Origin: a virus
Lineage: Duplodnaviria > Caudoviricetes
Direction: 5' to 3' (one strand)
IMG/VR virus record: IMGVR_UViG_3300033513_000038
Coordinates: 1 to 32,521 of that record
Length of the DNA: 32,521 bases
Shown here: positions 6,412-15,498 of the stretch, in pieces
Layout of the letters: each line of letters starts with the position of its first letter
Numbering within the stretch: position 1 is the stretch's first letter
Notes under the pieces: generated by a model
Databases searched by the model: none
What the model was told of the DNA's origin: nothing
Seen by the model: the letters and a program-made list of their open reading frames with translations, nothing else
Program-made: the position numbers and the translations under genes

Positions 6412-7221
6412 TTACTCCTTCGCGGTTGAGTTTGGGAGAGCATGAGGCTTGTTGACGGATGTGTCAATACGCAGACGGCTCATTTGCACGTATTCGTCAG
6501 ATATGTCCATACCAATGAACACTCGATTCGTTTGCAATGCTGCCACACCTGTCGTGCCGCTACCCATGAACGGATCGAACACCACATCCCATTCGTTGCT
6601 CCAACTAACAATGTGATCGTGCGCAAGTTGTTCGGAGAACGCTGCGGGGTGAGCCTGCTTCTTTCCGACAGATTCTTGCCCGACAGTATTTATTTTCCAG
6701 ATGTTTTTGCGTCCTCCGAATTCATCTTGTGACTCTCGCACAGTTTCAGAATTAACAATCTCGCCGTTTTGTTTCCGTAGCGACGTTTTTCCGAACGGTT
6801 TGCCGTATTTTATCGGCACGTCGCGTATCTGGTTGAACGTCTTTGGAACACCCTTCGAGAACACGAACATATACTCGAATATCTGGTGGCAGCGATTGCT
6901 CGACGGATTCGCAAAATGAGGCTTCTCCCAAATCATCGTGTCGTGCATATTGAACCCGCACTGCATGAAAAACAACGCTTGGCGAAATGATGTTCCCGTC
7001 TCGCTTCCGTTGACAGTCGCATCTCCGACCACCCACACGACGACACCGCCGCGTTTCGTCACTCGCCACAATTCTTTTGCGAGTGATTCAAAATCCCATT
7101 CGTACCCATTGTAGGTTCGCAGGTTATCGTATGGCGGTGATGTAACGGTCAAATCGACGCACTCGTCCGGTAGATGCTGGCGCATCAACGTCACATTGTC
7201 CCCACAGTATAGTTGCTTCAT
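6412..7221 (-). CDS. Orphan beta-class DNA amino-methyltransferase (m4C or m6A)
   Basis: Catalytic TSPPY near the N-terminus, HPA.F, SAM-binding DPFMGSGTT near the C-terminus. Confidence 0.95.
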   Translation of the reverse strand: MKQLYCGDNVTLMRQHLPDECVDLTVTSPPYDNLRTYNGYEWDFESLAKELWRVTKRGGVVVWVVGDATVNGSETGTSFRQALFFMQCGFNMHDTMIWEKPHFANPSSNRCHQIFEYMFVFSKGVPKTFNQIRDVPIKYGKPFGKTSLRKQNGEIVNSETVRESQDEFGGRKNIWKINTVGQESVGKKQAHPAAFSEQLAHDHIVSWSNEWDVVFDPFMGSGTTGVAALQTNRVFIGMDISDEYVQMSRLRIDTSVNKPHALPNSTAKE

Positions 7222-7592
7222 TCCTCAATCTCCCCCGTAGTGAACCCCGCCACGCCCCCAAGCGAGCGCACCATGTCTATCCAACGCTTCTGTGCCACCT
7301 CTCGCGGCGTGCCGGTGTAGTGCCATTTTGCAGCTTTCACCTCTAACGATACGAATTGCCCGATGGTCGTGCCCACCATGTCTTGCGTGATGACCACTGG
7401 GCGGATACCTATCAGGTCGGAGGATTTTATCTCGGCGTTTTGCTGCTTCGATTCGTTCGCCAGGCCATAGCGTATGTGACGCCCCGTGTCGGGGTTTATG
7501 GCAACCCCTGAGTTGTTCCTGAACAGCCGCCACCCCCGAGCCGACGCTGCGATGCGGACACGTTGTTGGATTAAGGTTTCGCTATCACTCAT
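7218..7592 (-). CDS. VRR-NUC domain nuclease
   Basis: SE..IQ..LFRNNSG..SSDLIG..LEVK..Q..W...V...GG.AG. Confidence 0.9.
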   Translation of the reverse strand: MSDSETLIQQRVRIAASARGWRLFRNNSGVAINPDTGRHIRYGLANESKQQNAEIKSSDLIGIRPVVITQDMVGTTIGQFVSLEVKAAKWHYTGTPREVAQKRWIDMVRSLGGVAGFTTGEIEE

Positions 7593-9205
7593 CCCTGCAT
7601 CCTCCCCATTAGCTCTTCCGCCTCACGCGCCCCGAGCGCCATAGCACTCAGCACGTCCACCCCATACACCTGATAAAACTCCCGCTGCAATCTCCGCACC
7701 GTAGCCTCGTCTGTCGCATCACTCCTAGCACCCGCCCACCGAGCCATCTCGGCCCGCAGCAACTCCTGCGCCGCCTGCTTCTCCCTGTGCCGCTTGTCCA
7801 GCGTCATCTGCACCACGCGATCAGGATGATACTTGACTGCCGCATCTACCTCTCCGCGCATACGGGCAAGCGTATTGGCGTCTAACTCGTAGAGGTCGCC
7901 GTCGATGGCTTCGATGCTGGATCGTGAGGCGGGTTCTGCCGTGTGGTGGCAGTATGGGCACGTAAACCCATGTGCGGCCCGTTCGTACACCCCCATGCAC
8001 TTCGGACACGTGCGCACGGCGATGGTGTCAACGAGGCGAGATTTGCCGCGTTTCTCGCGGCGGTCGAGTGTCCAGGTGCGCGGTGCGTCGGGGAGGCCGT
8101 GGCGGGCCACGTTTCCGACGTGATCGAGCACCACGGCATAATCCTTGCCCTCCTTCAATCGCAACGCGCGGCCGAATTGCTGGATGTATAGCCCCAAGCT
8201 CTGCGTCGGCCGCACCATACTCACAACCTCGACAGCAGGAATGTCCACACCCTCGCCGAACAGATCGACGTTGACCACCTGCTTGATTTCGCCCGCAGCG
8301 AACCGCCGCATGATCGCGTAGCGCACTGTGTCCGGCGTCTTTGCGCTAACCACCTCCGACGGCACGCCTGCCGCGCGGAACGCCGCTGCAATCTCACTCG
8401 CGGCCTCAACGTCAACGGCGAACGTGATGCCCAACTTGCCCGGTGTCACACGCAGGTAGTGCTGCACCACATCGCCAACCACGTGAGATTTGTGAACAGC
8501 CTTGCGCAATGGGTCAGGGCTGTAGTCGCCGGACGCAGACAGCCCGACTCCCGACAGATCAATATCGGACGGCGGCGCATACACGCGGTAGTCGGTCAGA
8601 TAACCCATGCGGATGATTTCGCGCATACCTGGCGCTTGCACCATCTCGTCGAATATGCCGTCAGCATGACGACCCAGACCGCGCCCGTCTGCGCGCATTG
8701 GTGTGGCTGTTACGCCAAGTCCCTTGGCATTCGGAAACATCGCCGCAGCCGTTCCCCACTTGTTACCTCCGTCAACTGCGGCTCTCAGGTTGTGATGGCT
8801 TTCATCACATACGAACAATCCGACACGCGAGAACCAAGGATCAGTTCCGTCCATGCGAATCAACGTGTCAACTCCGGCAACAGCGACACGCGCATTCGCG
8901 TCATAGTAACTGCGACCAATCTCGGACAAGTGTAGGCTGGCGCAATTGCGGATGACAGCCTGTTGTCCGACGATACGATGGCGTACACCGTCACGCGCAA
9001 GTGCAATTGAAAGCTGGCTCACCAGTTCGTGCCGATGTGCCACAACAACGCTCGCACAGTCGTGCTCACGGATGATGTCGGCCAGCACGACTGTCTTGCC
9101 GGAGCCAGTGCCGGACACAGCCAACACATTACGCGCGCCACGTTGCCACGCATCGTAAATGTCGCGCTTGAGGTCGGCTTGGTAGGGGCGGAGTTGGATG
9201 GTCAT
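7589..9205 (-). CDS. SF2 DExH DNA helicase with C-terminal Zn ribbon
   Basis: LRPYQ, GTGSGKT, DESHH, TATP, EGVD, QQFGRALR, CPKC..CPYC. Confidence 0.95.
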   Translation of the reverse strand: MTIQLRPYQADLKRDIYDAWQRGARNVLAVSGTGSGKTVVLADIIREHDCASVVVAHRHELVSQLSIALARDGVRHRIVGQQAVIRNCASLHLSEIGRSYYDANARVAVAGVDTLIRMDGTDPWFSRVGLFVCDESHHNLRAAVDGGNKWGTAAAMFPNAKGLGVTATPMRADGRGLGRHADGIFDEMVQAPGMREIIRMGYLTDYRVYAPPSDIDLSGVGLSASGDYSPDPLRKAVHKSHVVGDVVQHYLRVTPGKLGITFAVDVEAASEIAAAFRAAGVPSEVVSAKTPDTVRYAIMRRFAAGEIKQVVNVDLFGEGVDIPAVEVVSMVRPTQSLGLYIQQFGRALRLKEGKDYAVVLDHVGNVARHGLPDAPRTWTLDRREKRGKSRLVDTIAVRTCPKCMGVYERAAHGFTCPYCHHTAEPASRSSIEAIDGDLYELDANTLARMRGEVDAAVKYHPDRVVQMTLDKRHREKQAAQELLRAEMARWAGARSDATDEATVRRLQREFYQVYGVDVLSAMALGAREAEELMGRMQG

Positions 9206-9426
9206 GCGGCTTGGCGTCTGTGCATCTCAGCAAACACTTCGACGCAGCATTTCACATATGCTTCGGCTACAATCGGGTCAGACGGTAAGCACGAACTCGA
9301 ACCGACATACCATTTTCCGAATATGTAATTTGAAATCGACATCACGTCTCGGCCGCCGACATATCCAACGATGCGTACCGTTCCAGAATGTGACACTTCG
9401 GCCTCAACACGAATCTCGTTGCTCAT
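9202..9426 (-). CDS. Hypothetical protein
   Basis: ATGA overlap with the helicase; tight operon packing. Confidence 0.65.
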   Translation of the reverse strand: MSNEIRVEAEVSHSGTVRIVGYVGGRDVMSISNYIFGKWYVGSSSCLPSDPIVAEAYVKCCVEVFAEMHRRQAA

Positions 9427-9431
9427 CTCAC

Positions 9432-9605
9432 TCACTCCAATCCCGCCACAAATTTACCATACCGATCCAAGCGCCTCGTCCCACGCTTGCGCTCGTCTCG
9501 CCCGTTTGCCTCACGTTGCAACTTCTTGCTGCATTGCTCATGCTTGTAACCTGCGCCGCGTGGGAGGTTGCATATTGGGCAAGTGTTGCGGTTGGTTAGA
9601 CGCAT
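9432..9605 (-). CDS. Small basic Cys/His protein
   Basis: CPIC..HEQC; GGGAG RBS. Confidence 0.6.
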   Translation of the reverse strand: MRLTNRNTCPICNLPRGAGYKHEQCSKKLQREANGRDERKRGTRRLDRYGKFVAGLE

Positions 9606-9690
9606 GTCGTCACACTCCCGCACTTGATACATTTACGACACGGTGCGCCGGTGACGCGGTGTTTCGCTGGAACATAATGGTGTTGGCAAC

Positions 9691-9960
9691 TCACAGGTCG
9701 GACTCCAATTCAAAGACGTGAAACACCAATGCGCCACCGTGCATCTGAAATGTTGCAATGTACTCACCGGGATTATCTGGCATTGAATTACCAGTTCCGT
9801 AAATCGCCAGCCATCTCGGAGCCAATTCCGCACTCTGGTCGCATAGCGCCCAAATGCAACATTGTCCGTCTTGCATTTGCACATCAAGCAATTTCGCACC
9901 GTCGGGCATCATTACCGTCTGACGATCAGTTACTTTTATTTCCCATTTCCAAATACGCAT
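9691..9960 (-). CDS. Phage hypothetical protein (89 aa)
   Basis: MRIWKW..IYGTG..YIATFQ..LVFHVFE; GGAGGTG RBS; first gene of the leftward operon. Confidence 0.8.
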   Translation of the reverse strand: MRIWKWEIKVTDRQTVMMPDGAKLLDVQMQDGQCCIWALCDQSAELAPRWLAIYGTGNSMPDNPGEYIATFQMHGGALVFHVFELESDL

Positions 9961-9981
9961 TTCCCACCTCCATTGCTGCGC

Positions 9982-10024
9982 ATCATAAATCACTATTGAC
10001 AGCGCCGTCAACAAGAATTACATT
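9982..10024. promoter_or_regulatory. Overlapping divergent sigma70 promoters
   Basis: Plus: TTGACA(9996)-17-TACATT. Minus: TTGACG(10011)-18-TATGAT. Located exactly at the strand switch. Confidence 0.8.
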
Positions 10025-10054
10025 AGCACCATCTCAACCGCGAAGGAGTAACAA

Positions 10055-10891
10055 ATGAGCATCACCATCACGATCACCGATCCAACCCGCGACGAAGCAT
10101 TGCGCCTCGCCGACTATCTGTACGAGTTAGCCGGATACGGCAAGACTGCCGGCATCGTATCGCATCGCTTCGAGCCTAACGCCACACGTCAATCTGAGAT
10201 TCTTAAGCAACATATCGAGGATTTGGCGGCTGGTGGCGATGAGGATGACGAGCGCAAGCCAGAGTTCGTGCAGTCGGTATCTGGCGCACCTGTTTCAGAG
10301 AACGGTGTCGAATATGCTGCAAGCGGAGAACCTGCCGTACTGCATCACGTTCCGCTCAATTCTATTGCCGTGCAGGTTGACTCCGCCGGCTACCCGTGGG
10401 ACGAACGCATCCATTCGTCCAGCCAAGCAATCAACGCGGACGGCACGTGGCGTTTGAAGCGTGGTGTCGATCTGGTGCTGGTGACACAGGTGCGGGAAGA
10501 GTTGCGTGGTGCTGCACCAGAGGCTCCTGTTGCTGGCGACCATGGTTCACCAGAGTTGAACGCTGACGCTGTGAAACTCGAAAGCATTTTCGGTCAAGGC
10601 GCAGCAGGTGCGACTATTGCTGACATTACCCCAGTCATACCCGCACTTGTTGCACCGTCAGCACCAGTTGTACCAGTTCCCCCCGTATCACCAGCACCCG
10701 CGCCGACTGGCAGCATCACCTTCCCCCAACTGATGCAACGTGTCACAGCGATGTGCGCGGCCAAAATCATGACCATCGAGCGCGTACTGGATGCGGCGAA
10801 GGCCGAAGGTGTCGATTCGATCCCGCTGTTGGCGACGACACACGCGGATAAAGTCGGCGCAGTTGCGGCACGATTGGGGGTGACACTGTGA
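10055..10891 (+). CDS. Phage replication-module hypothetical protein
   Basis: AAGGAG RBS; VDSAGYPWDERIHSS..DGTWRLKRGVD motif and Pro/Ala linker. Confidence 0.85.
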   Translation: MSITITITDPTRDEALRLADYLYELAGYGKTAGIVSHRFEPNATRQSEILKQHIEDLAAGGDEDDERKPEFVQSVSGAPVSENGVEYAASGEPAVLHHVPLNSIAVQVDSAGYPWDERIHSSSQAINADGTWRLKRGVDLVLVTQVREELRGAAPEAPVAGDHGSPELNADAVKLESIFGQGAAGATIADITPVIPALVAPSAPVVPVPPVSPAPAPTGSITFPQLMQRVTAMCAAKIMTIERVLDAAKAEGVDSIPLLATTHADKVGAVAARLGVTL

Positions 10892-11106
10892 CGGCCTCCA
10901 AACGCCAAGTCGGCGGAATGCACTACGTCGCCCAGGATGTGCAACCGTGGGACGCGATGGAAGCGTGGATGTCTCCCGAAGAGTTTAAAGGGTTCCTGCG
11001 CGGCAACGTCATCAAGTACGTCGCGCGATGCAACGAAAAGGGTGGCCGGCAGGACTTGGAAAAGGCCGCGCATTATCTGGAAAAACTGTTGGAGGTGAGC
11101 AAATGA
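10888..11106 (+). CDS. DUF3310 protein (T7 gp1.7-like nucleotide kinase family)
   Basis: QVGGMHY..GFLRGNVIKY..KGG.QDLEKA.HYL. Confidence 0.88.
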   Translation: MTASKRQVGGMHYVAQDVQPWDAMEAWMSPEEFKGFLRGNVIKYVARCNEKGGRQDLEKAAHYLEKLLEVSK

Positions 11107-11327
11107 GTATCGTCGGATGGCTGTTGATGATTGCCGGATTCGTTATCGTTTCGATATTTTCACCGCGCGATGATACGGACTCGAGGAGTGAGCGTAGCGA
11201 CATGCGGCTTTACACCGATCACGGCACTGGTTGCCAGTATGTGAAAGGTGGAATGTTCGGAGGTATCACCCCGCGACTCGACAAAGATGGGAAACCAATG
11301 TGCCGCGAGAGCGAGGTGAGCAAATGA
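11103..11327 (+). CDS. Membrane-anchored hypothetical protein
   Basis: N-terminal TM segment; TDHGTGCQY..GITPRLDKDGKP; flanked by 16-bp direct repeats. Confidence 0.8.
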   Translation: MSIVGWLLMIAGFVIVSIFSPRDDTDSRSERSDMRLYTDHGTGCQYVKGGMFGGITPRLDKDGKPMCRESEVSK

Positions 11328-11629
11328 GACATCGTGACGAACAGGCCCGTGCGATAGACATCGCCCCGACCACAGGCGCTGCCGCGCCACAACACGCCCC
11401 ACTCGCCCCATCCAGCGCCGCACGATGGGTTCAGTGCCCCGGCAGTGTCGTCATGTCGCGTGCGTTTCCTGACGCGGGTGATAGTGACGAGTCTGCCGAG
11501 GGTACGTTGGCGCATGAGTTGGCGGCACAGGCATTACGCACAGGTGTTGATCCGGTATGTGATGACGAGGAAATGTCAGCAGCGATAGCGATATACACCG
11601 ATGCAGTTCGTAAAGCCATGGGTGGGTGA
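11324..11629 (+). CDS. Cas4-like (DUF2800) exonuclease, N-terminal fragment (101 aa)
   Basis: HAPLAPSSAARWVQCPGS..AEGTLAHELA..EM...Y.D.V matches the DUF2800 N-terminus; GAGGTG RBS. Confidence 0.88.
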   Translation: MRHRDEQARAIDIAPTTGAAAPQHAPLAPSSAARWVQCPGSVVMSRAFPDAGDSDESAEGTLAHELAAQALRTGVDPVCDDEEMSAAIAIYTDAVRKAMGG

Positions 11630-11630
11630 A

Positions 11631-12158
11631 ATGAAACAATGCTTCACTTGCAAGCGGGTGCTACCAAAGGACAGTTTCACAAGAAACAGTCATAAGCCGG
11701 ATGGTCGTCACCCGAATTGTAAGGAATGCCGCAACGCCGCACGTCGAGCGAGATATGCCGAAAATCCAGAGCATTATCGTGAGAAGTCTAGGAAGTTTAG
11801 ACAGGCGCACCCCGGCTATTACAAAGAGTTACTTGCAAAATGGTATGAGGAAAACAAACCACGAGCATTTAAGCTGGCAAGAAAGTGGGCGAAAAACAAT
11901 CGTGGGAAACGTTGTGCGATGCGGATGCGCCGCGTTGCTGGTCAGTTACAAGCAACTCCAAAATGGGCGGATGCCGAGAAGATAAAAGAATTCTACGTTA
12001 TCGCAGATATGATGCGAAAGTTGACTGGCGAAGATTATCATGTGGATCACATCGTCCCATTGCGCGGAGTAAATGTTTGCGGACTGCACAACGAGTTCAA
12101 TTTGCAAGTTTTACCTGCTAGTGAAAATATACGAAAAGGAAATAAGCATGAAGTGTGA
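11631..12158 (+). CDS. HNH homing endonuclease (175 aa), inserted inside the Cas4-like gene
   Basis: N-terminal CFTC..CKEC; YHVDHIVPL..VCGLH..NLQVL..EN..KGNK; AT-richer than its flanks. Confidence 0.93.
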   Translation: MKQCFTCKRVLPKDSFTRNSHKPDGRHPNCKECRNAARRARYAENPEHYREKSRKFRQAHPGYYKELLAKWYEENKPRAFKLARKWAKNNRGKRCAMRMRRVAGQLQATPKWADAEKIKEFYVIADMMRKLTGEDYHVDHIVPLRGVNVCGLHNEFNLQVLPASENIRKGNKHEV

Positions 12159-13005
12159 GATACATATTGAGGAACGTGTCGAAGCTCCGCACATTCATTC
12201 TGACAACTGGGGCACCCCGGATGTGTGGGTGTTCAATCGCGCGAGAATGAGACTCGACATTTTTGATTTTAAGTATGGGATGGGGCCAGTCGAAGTGTTC
12301 GAGAACTGGCAACTGTTGAATTACGCCAGCGCCATCGTCCACATGCTCGGACTCGATACTGCCGACACGTTGCTGTCCGTGAACCTGCATATCGTCCAAC
12401 CACGCGCGTATCACCGTAACGGCCCGGTGCGCAGTTGGTCGTTATCTGGCGAGGCGTTACGGGGATATACTAATCGTCTTGGGCGTGCCGCCAGTGCCGC
12501 GTTGATGTCAGGCCCGAACCCCGAGTGCGTCACTGGCGACGAGTGCCGTTACTGCCCCGCTCGCCACGCCTGCCCCGCATTGCTAACCGTGGGATATGGC
12601 GCAATCGAATCGTCTAGCGTGAGTGTGCCGCTCGACATGCCTCCCGCCGTCATGGGGATGCTGCTGCGCCAGGTACGCGACGGTATCAAACGCCTCGAAG
12701 CGATTGAGACTGGACTGGAACAGCAAGCCCTCGCCGCGATCCGCGCTGGTCGGCGCGTCACAGGATGGCACGCTGAGTCCGGCGCTGGACGCGAACGGTG
12801 GCGCGTGTCATATGACGAGGTGCTTGCGCTCGGTGCGGCGATGGGTGTCGAGGTGGCGAAGCCTGCATTGATTACGCCGAAGCAAGCGGTCAAGGCCGGT
12901 TTGCCGCGCGAGGTGGTCGATTGCTACACCGAGACACCCGCTGGTGAGGTCAAGCTGGTGGCTGACGACGGGCGATTGGCGTGTGTGTTTGGGAAGGGGG
13001 TATGA
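12148..13005 (+). CDS. Cas4-like (DUF2800) exonuclease, C-terminal fragment (285 aa)
   Basis: EERV..WGTPD..DFKYG..QLLNYA..HIVQPR..CRYCPARHAC; own AAGGA RBS. Confidence 0.9.
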   Translation: MKCEIHIEERVEAPHIHSDNWGTPDVWVFNRARMRLDIFDFKYGMGPVEVFENWQLLNYASAIVHMLGLDTADTLLSVNLHIVQPRAYHRNGPVRSWSLSGEALRGYTNRLGRAASAALMSGPNPECVTGDECRYCPARHACPALLTVGYGAIESSSVSVPLDMPPAVMGMLLRQVRDGIKRLEAIETGLEQQALAAIRAGRRVTGWHAESGAGRERWRVSYDEVLALGAAMGVEVAKPALITPKQAVKAGLPREVVDCYTETPAGEVKLVADDGRLACVFGKGV

Positions 13006-13006
13006 G

Positions 13007-13204
13007 ATGGAAACACTGACCACGCGCGAACGCGATCAAATCGCAACAATCCTGCGACGTAGGGCGAACGAAATTGCCAGCTTTAAAGGCGATTTGCAGC
13101 GGACGAAGGATTTGGCGAGTGTCGATTATGCGCTCGAATTGGAGATTGACAGACTTCGCAGATTGTCCGACAAGGTTGCGCCAAACGAACCGGATGACGC
13201 TTGA
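13007..13204 (+). CDS. Hypothetical protein (65 aa)
   Basis: ATG 1 nt after the upstream stop; AAGGGGG RBS. Confidence 0.7.
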   Translation: METLTTRERDQIATILRRRANEIASFKGDLQRTKDLASVDYALELEIDRLRRLSDKVAPNEPDDA

Positions 13205-13232
13205 CACGCCCACCAAACAGGAATAATATTCC
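13201..13232 (+). promoter_or_regulatory. Sigma70 promoter with palindromic operator GGAATAATATTCC (13220-13232)
   Basis: TTGACA-17-TAATAT; operator overlaps the -10 box. Confidence 0.75.
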
Positions 13233-13261
13233 GCCTGTAATATCACTCAAGGAGAAACGAA

Positions 13262-13531
13262 ATGGCAAAAACCCCAGCATTATCGACCCAACTCAAGGCG
13301 GCAAACGCACGCATAGCCGAATTGGATAAGCAACTCGCATCTGCGAAAAGCACCAGCGAGTATCACGTCAAAGAAGCGAACGAATCGAAGCAGATGCTAG
13401 AACAGGTGCATCAGGTGCTCGACGCAGTCCCGCAATCTATCCCACGTGAAAGCGAGGGTGAAAATTCGTGGGATCGCGTTAAGCGTAGCCCTGTAACACG
13501 TCTCGCCGCTTGGCTGGCGATACGCCCGTAG
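13262..13531 (+). CDS. Coiled-coil hypothetical protein
   Basis: AAGGAG RBS; heptad-like N-terminus. Confidence 0.75.
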   Translation: MAKTPALSTQLKAANARIAELDKQLASAKSTSEYHVKEANESKQMLEQVHQVLDAVPQSIPRESEGENSWDRVKRSPVTRLAAWLAIRP

Positions 13532-13580
13532 ATTACCGTTGCCGTGCGGATCACGGCGCACTGATACAAGGAGCAACACA

Positions 13581-14489
13581 ATGACTGACATTCTTCTCCC
13601 CGTAGGCCGCATGGTCGGCGGTTCGTTTTACGAAGCGCGTTTGCTGACTGACGATGACGGACAGCCCGTTATCGACCAAAAGACTGGCAAGCAAAAATCG
13701 TCGTTCAGCTTCGCGCTGGCGATTAAAAAAACCTGCGCTGACTGGAAGCAGGAATCATGGGGCGCAATTGCGTACAGCGTTGGCGCGTCTGGCTACCCTG
13801 CGTTCATCGCTAACCCAGCGTTCGCATGGAAAATCGTTGACGGTGACTCGAACGTGCCGAACGAGAACAACAAAATCCCGTGCGAAAATCCGAACTATGT
13901 CGGAAACTGGATCATCTGGTTCTCGCAATCCTTCCCGATTCGCGTCGTCAACCAGAAGGGTACGAAGGACTTGGTGCGCCCATCCGATGTTCGCTCCGAC
14001 CAGAACCCGAGCGGCCTGATCGTAAATGAACTCGGACAAGAAATCGGCGAGATTCTCCCTGGCTACTTCATCGAAGTGATGGCGTCGGTCGTACCGAACA
14101 AGCCGCCCGCAAACGGAAAAAAAGGCAAGCCCGGCATCTACTGGAATCCGGTGGCTGTGGCGTTGAGCGCGTTTGGCCCCCGTATCGAATCGACCAAGAT
14201 CGACACGTCCAAGGTTGGTTTCGGTTCCGCAGCATTGCCTGCCGGAGCATCTGCTGCACCAGTGGGAAACCTGCAAGCGCTGGCTTCGTCTGCTCCCGCT
14301 GCGATTCCGGCCGCCGCGCCTGCACCTGCGGCGACCCCTGCCGCCCCGGCACCAAATCCTGCGATTCTGAACGTGCCGCCCCGCAAGACCATGACCGCAA
14401 AGGCAGGCGGCGCAACGTATGAGGCGTTCGTTGCGAATGGCTGGAAGGACGAGGACATGGTGGCGCAAGGGTATCTGGTGATCGGGTAA
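13581..14489 (+). CDS. Phage single-stranded DNA-binding protein
   Basis: GRMVGGS..FAWKIVDGDS..GIYWNP core, Pro/Ala linker; position between the Cas4-like nuclease and PolB; AAGGAG RBS. Confidence 0.75.
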   Translation: MTDILLPVGRMVGGSFYEARLLTDDDGQPVIDQKTGKQKSSFSFALAIKKTCADWKQESWGAIAYSVGASGYPAFIANPAFAWKIVDGDSNVPNENNKIPCENPNYVGNWIIWFSQSFPIRVVNQKGTKDLVRPSDVRSDQNPSGLIVNELGQEIGEILPGYFIEVMASVVPNKPPANGKKGKPGIYWNPVAVALSAFGPRIESTKIDTSKVGFGSAALPAGASAAPVGNLQALASSAPAAIPAAAPAPAATPAAPAPNPAILNVPPRKTMTAKAGGATYEAFVANGWKDEDMVAQGYLVIG

Positions 14490-14543
14490 TATGACACGGC
14501 GCTCTGCATGGTGCGGGGCGCTAAATTGATGGAGGTGTGAGAG

Positions 14544-14711
14544 ATGGAAGCGAGACGACATTACGAGGCGGCGCAAAACTTCATTGATGCGTTGACTGAA
14601 ACAAAGAGTGACGAGCGCCATGTGCAGCAGCGTTTGCCCCATGAAAATCGTGCGCAACGACGCGAGCGTGAACGTAACGAACGTCGCGCTGCGAAGAAGG
14701 TGCGAGCATGA
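14544..14711 (+). CDS. Small basic protein (55 aa)
   Basis: GGAGGTG RBS; NRAQRR motif; ATGA overlap with the next gene. Confidence 0.65.
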   Translation: MEARRHYEAAQNFIDALTETKSDERHVQQRLPHENRAQRRERERNERRAAKKVRA

Positions 14712-14941
14712 ACACTATCCAACAGCAGTGGTGTATGTTTGAAAAAACAGTAATTCCGGTTGACGCGCCACAAATGCAACGACAGGAAATGCGCAGGGCA
14801 TTCTATGCTGGCGCGGAATCCATGTTGCGACTTCAATACGGCATGGGTGACGTTAGTGACGATGCCGGCGTTGCGATGATTGAAGGGTGGCATGACGAAT
14901 GCCGGCGCTTCGCACAGCAAGTAGCAATCGGCGCGGCGTGA
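14708..14941 (+). CDS. Hypothetical protein
   Basis: QRQEMRRAFYAGA motif; coupled start. Confidence 0.75.
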   Translation: MNTIQQQWCMFEKTVIPVDAPQMQRQEMRRAFYAGAESMLRLQYGMGDVSDDAGVAMIEGWHDECRRFAQQVAIGAA

Positions 14942-14947
14942 CCTCGC

Positions 14948-15229
14948 ATGACCATCCCGTGCCGCTGCCACAATCGTATCAACGGGCGCGTGTGCTTCAC
15001 TCGCAAGAGTCTGTCACGCAAGCCCGACGATTACGCAGCGGTGCGGTATCAGCCACGGTGCCCCGGATGTGGCGCTCGCAAGTGGGCGATAGATTGGTGG
15101 CGCATCCGGCACGAATTGGGCAAGGCGTGCAATTGTGGTGGTTATTGGTTTCCGCATCGGGAGGGCAGTAAGTATTGCTACTCGCATCCAGAGGTGGAAC
15201 GTAATCAGACAGAGAGGTATGAGAGATGA
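14948..15229 (+). CDS. Cys-rich putative Zn-binding protein
   Basis: CRC, CPGC, CNC..FPHR.GS.YC. Confidence 0.7.
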   Translation: MTIPCRCHNRINGRVCFTRKSLSRKPDDYAAVRYQPRCPGCGARKWAIDWWRIRHELGKACNCGGYWFPHREGSKYCYSHPEVERNQTERYER

Positions 15230-15498
15230 GCAAATACAAACCTGTAACGCCGTATCAACGATTGCTGACTGAAATGCGGGACTATTGCGATAGTGTCGAT
15301 TATCGCCCATCAAAAACCATGTGGCTTTATCCGAAAGCTAAACTCGGAGAAAGCTGGTCATTGCTCGATTTATACGAACGTGTCGCTGCTGCGGAGCAAC
15401 TTGGGCACGACGTGATGCTCGAAGCTGTCGCGGACGGGCTGCGCGTCACATACGTTCGCAAGATTCCGATGCGCCCGTGGGCTGCTCGACGTGCATAA
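15226..15498 (+). CDS. Hypothetical protein
   Basis: ATGA overlap; GAGG RBS. Confidence 0.75.
   Translation: MSKYKPVTPYQRLLTEMRDYCDSVDYRPSKTMWLYPKAKLGESWSLLDLYERVAAAEQLGHDVMLEAVADGLRVTYVRKIPMRPWAARRA

Noticed and set aside
11629-12148. Group I intron or intein carrying the HNH
   Set aside because: Only 1 nt separates the upstream stop from the HNH start and the 3' end overlaps the downstream gene, leaving no room for a ribozyme core; stops and frame changes exclude an intein
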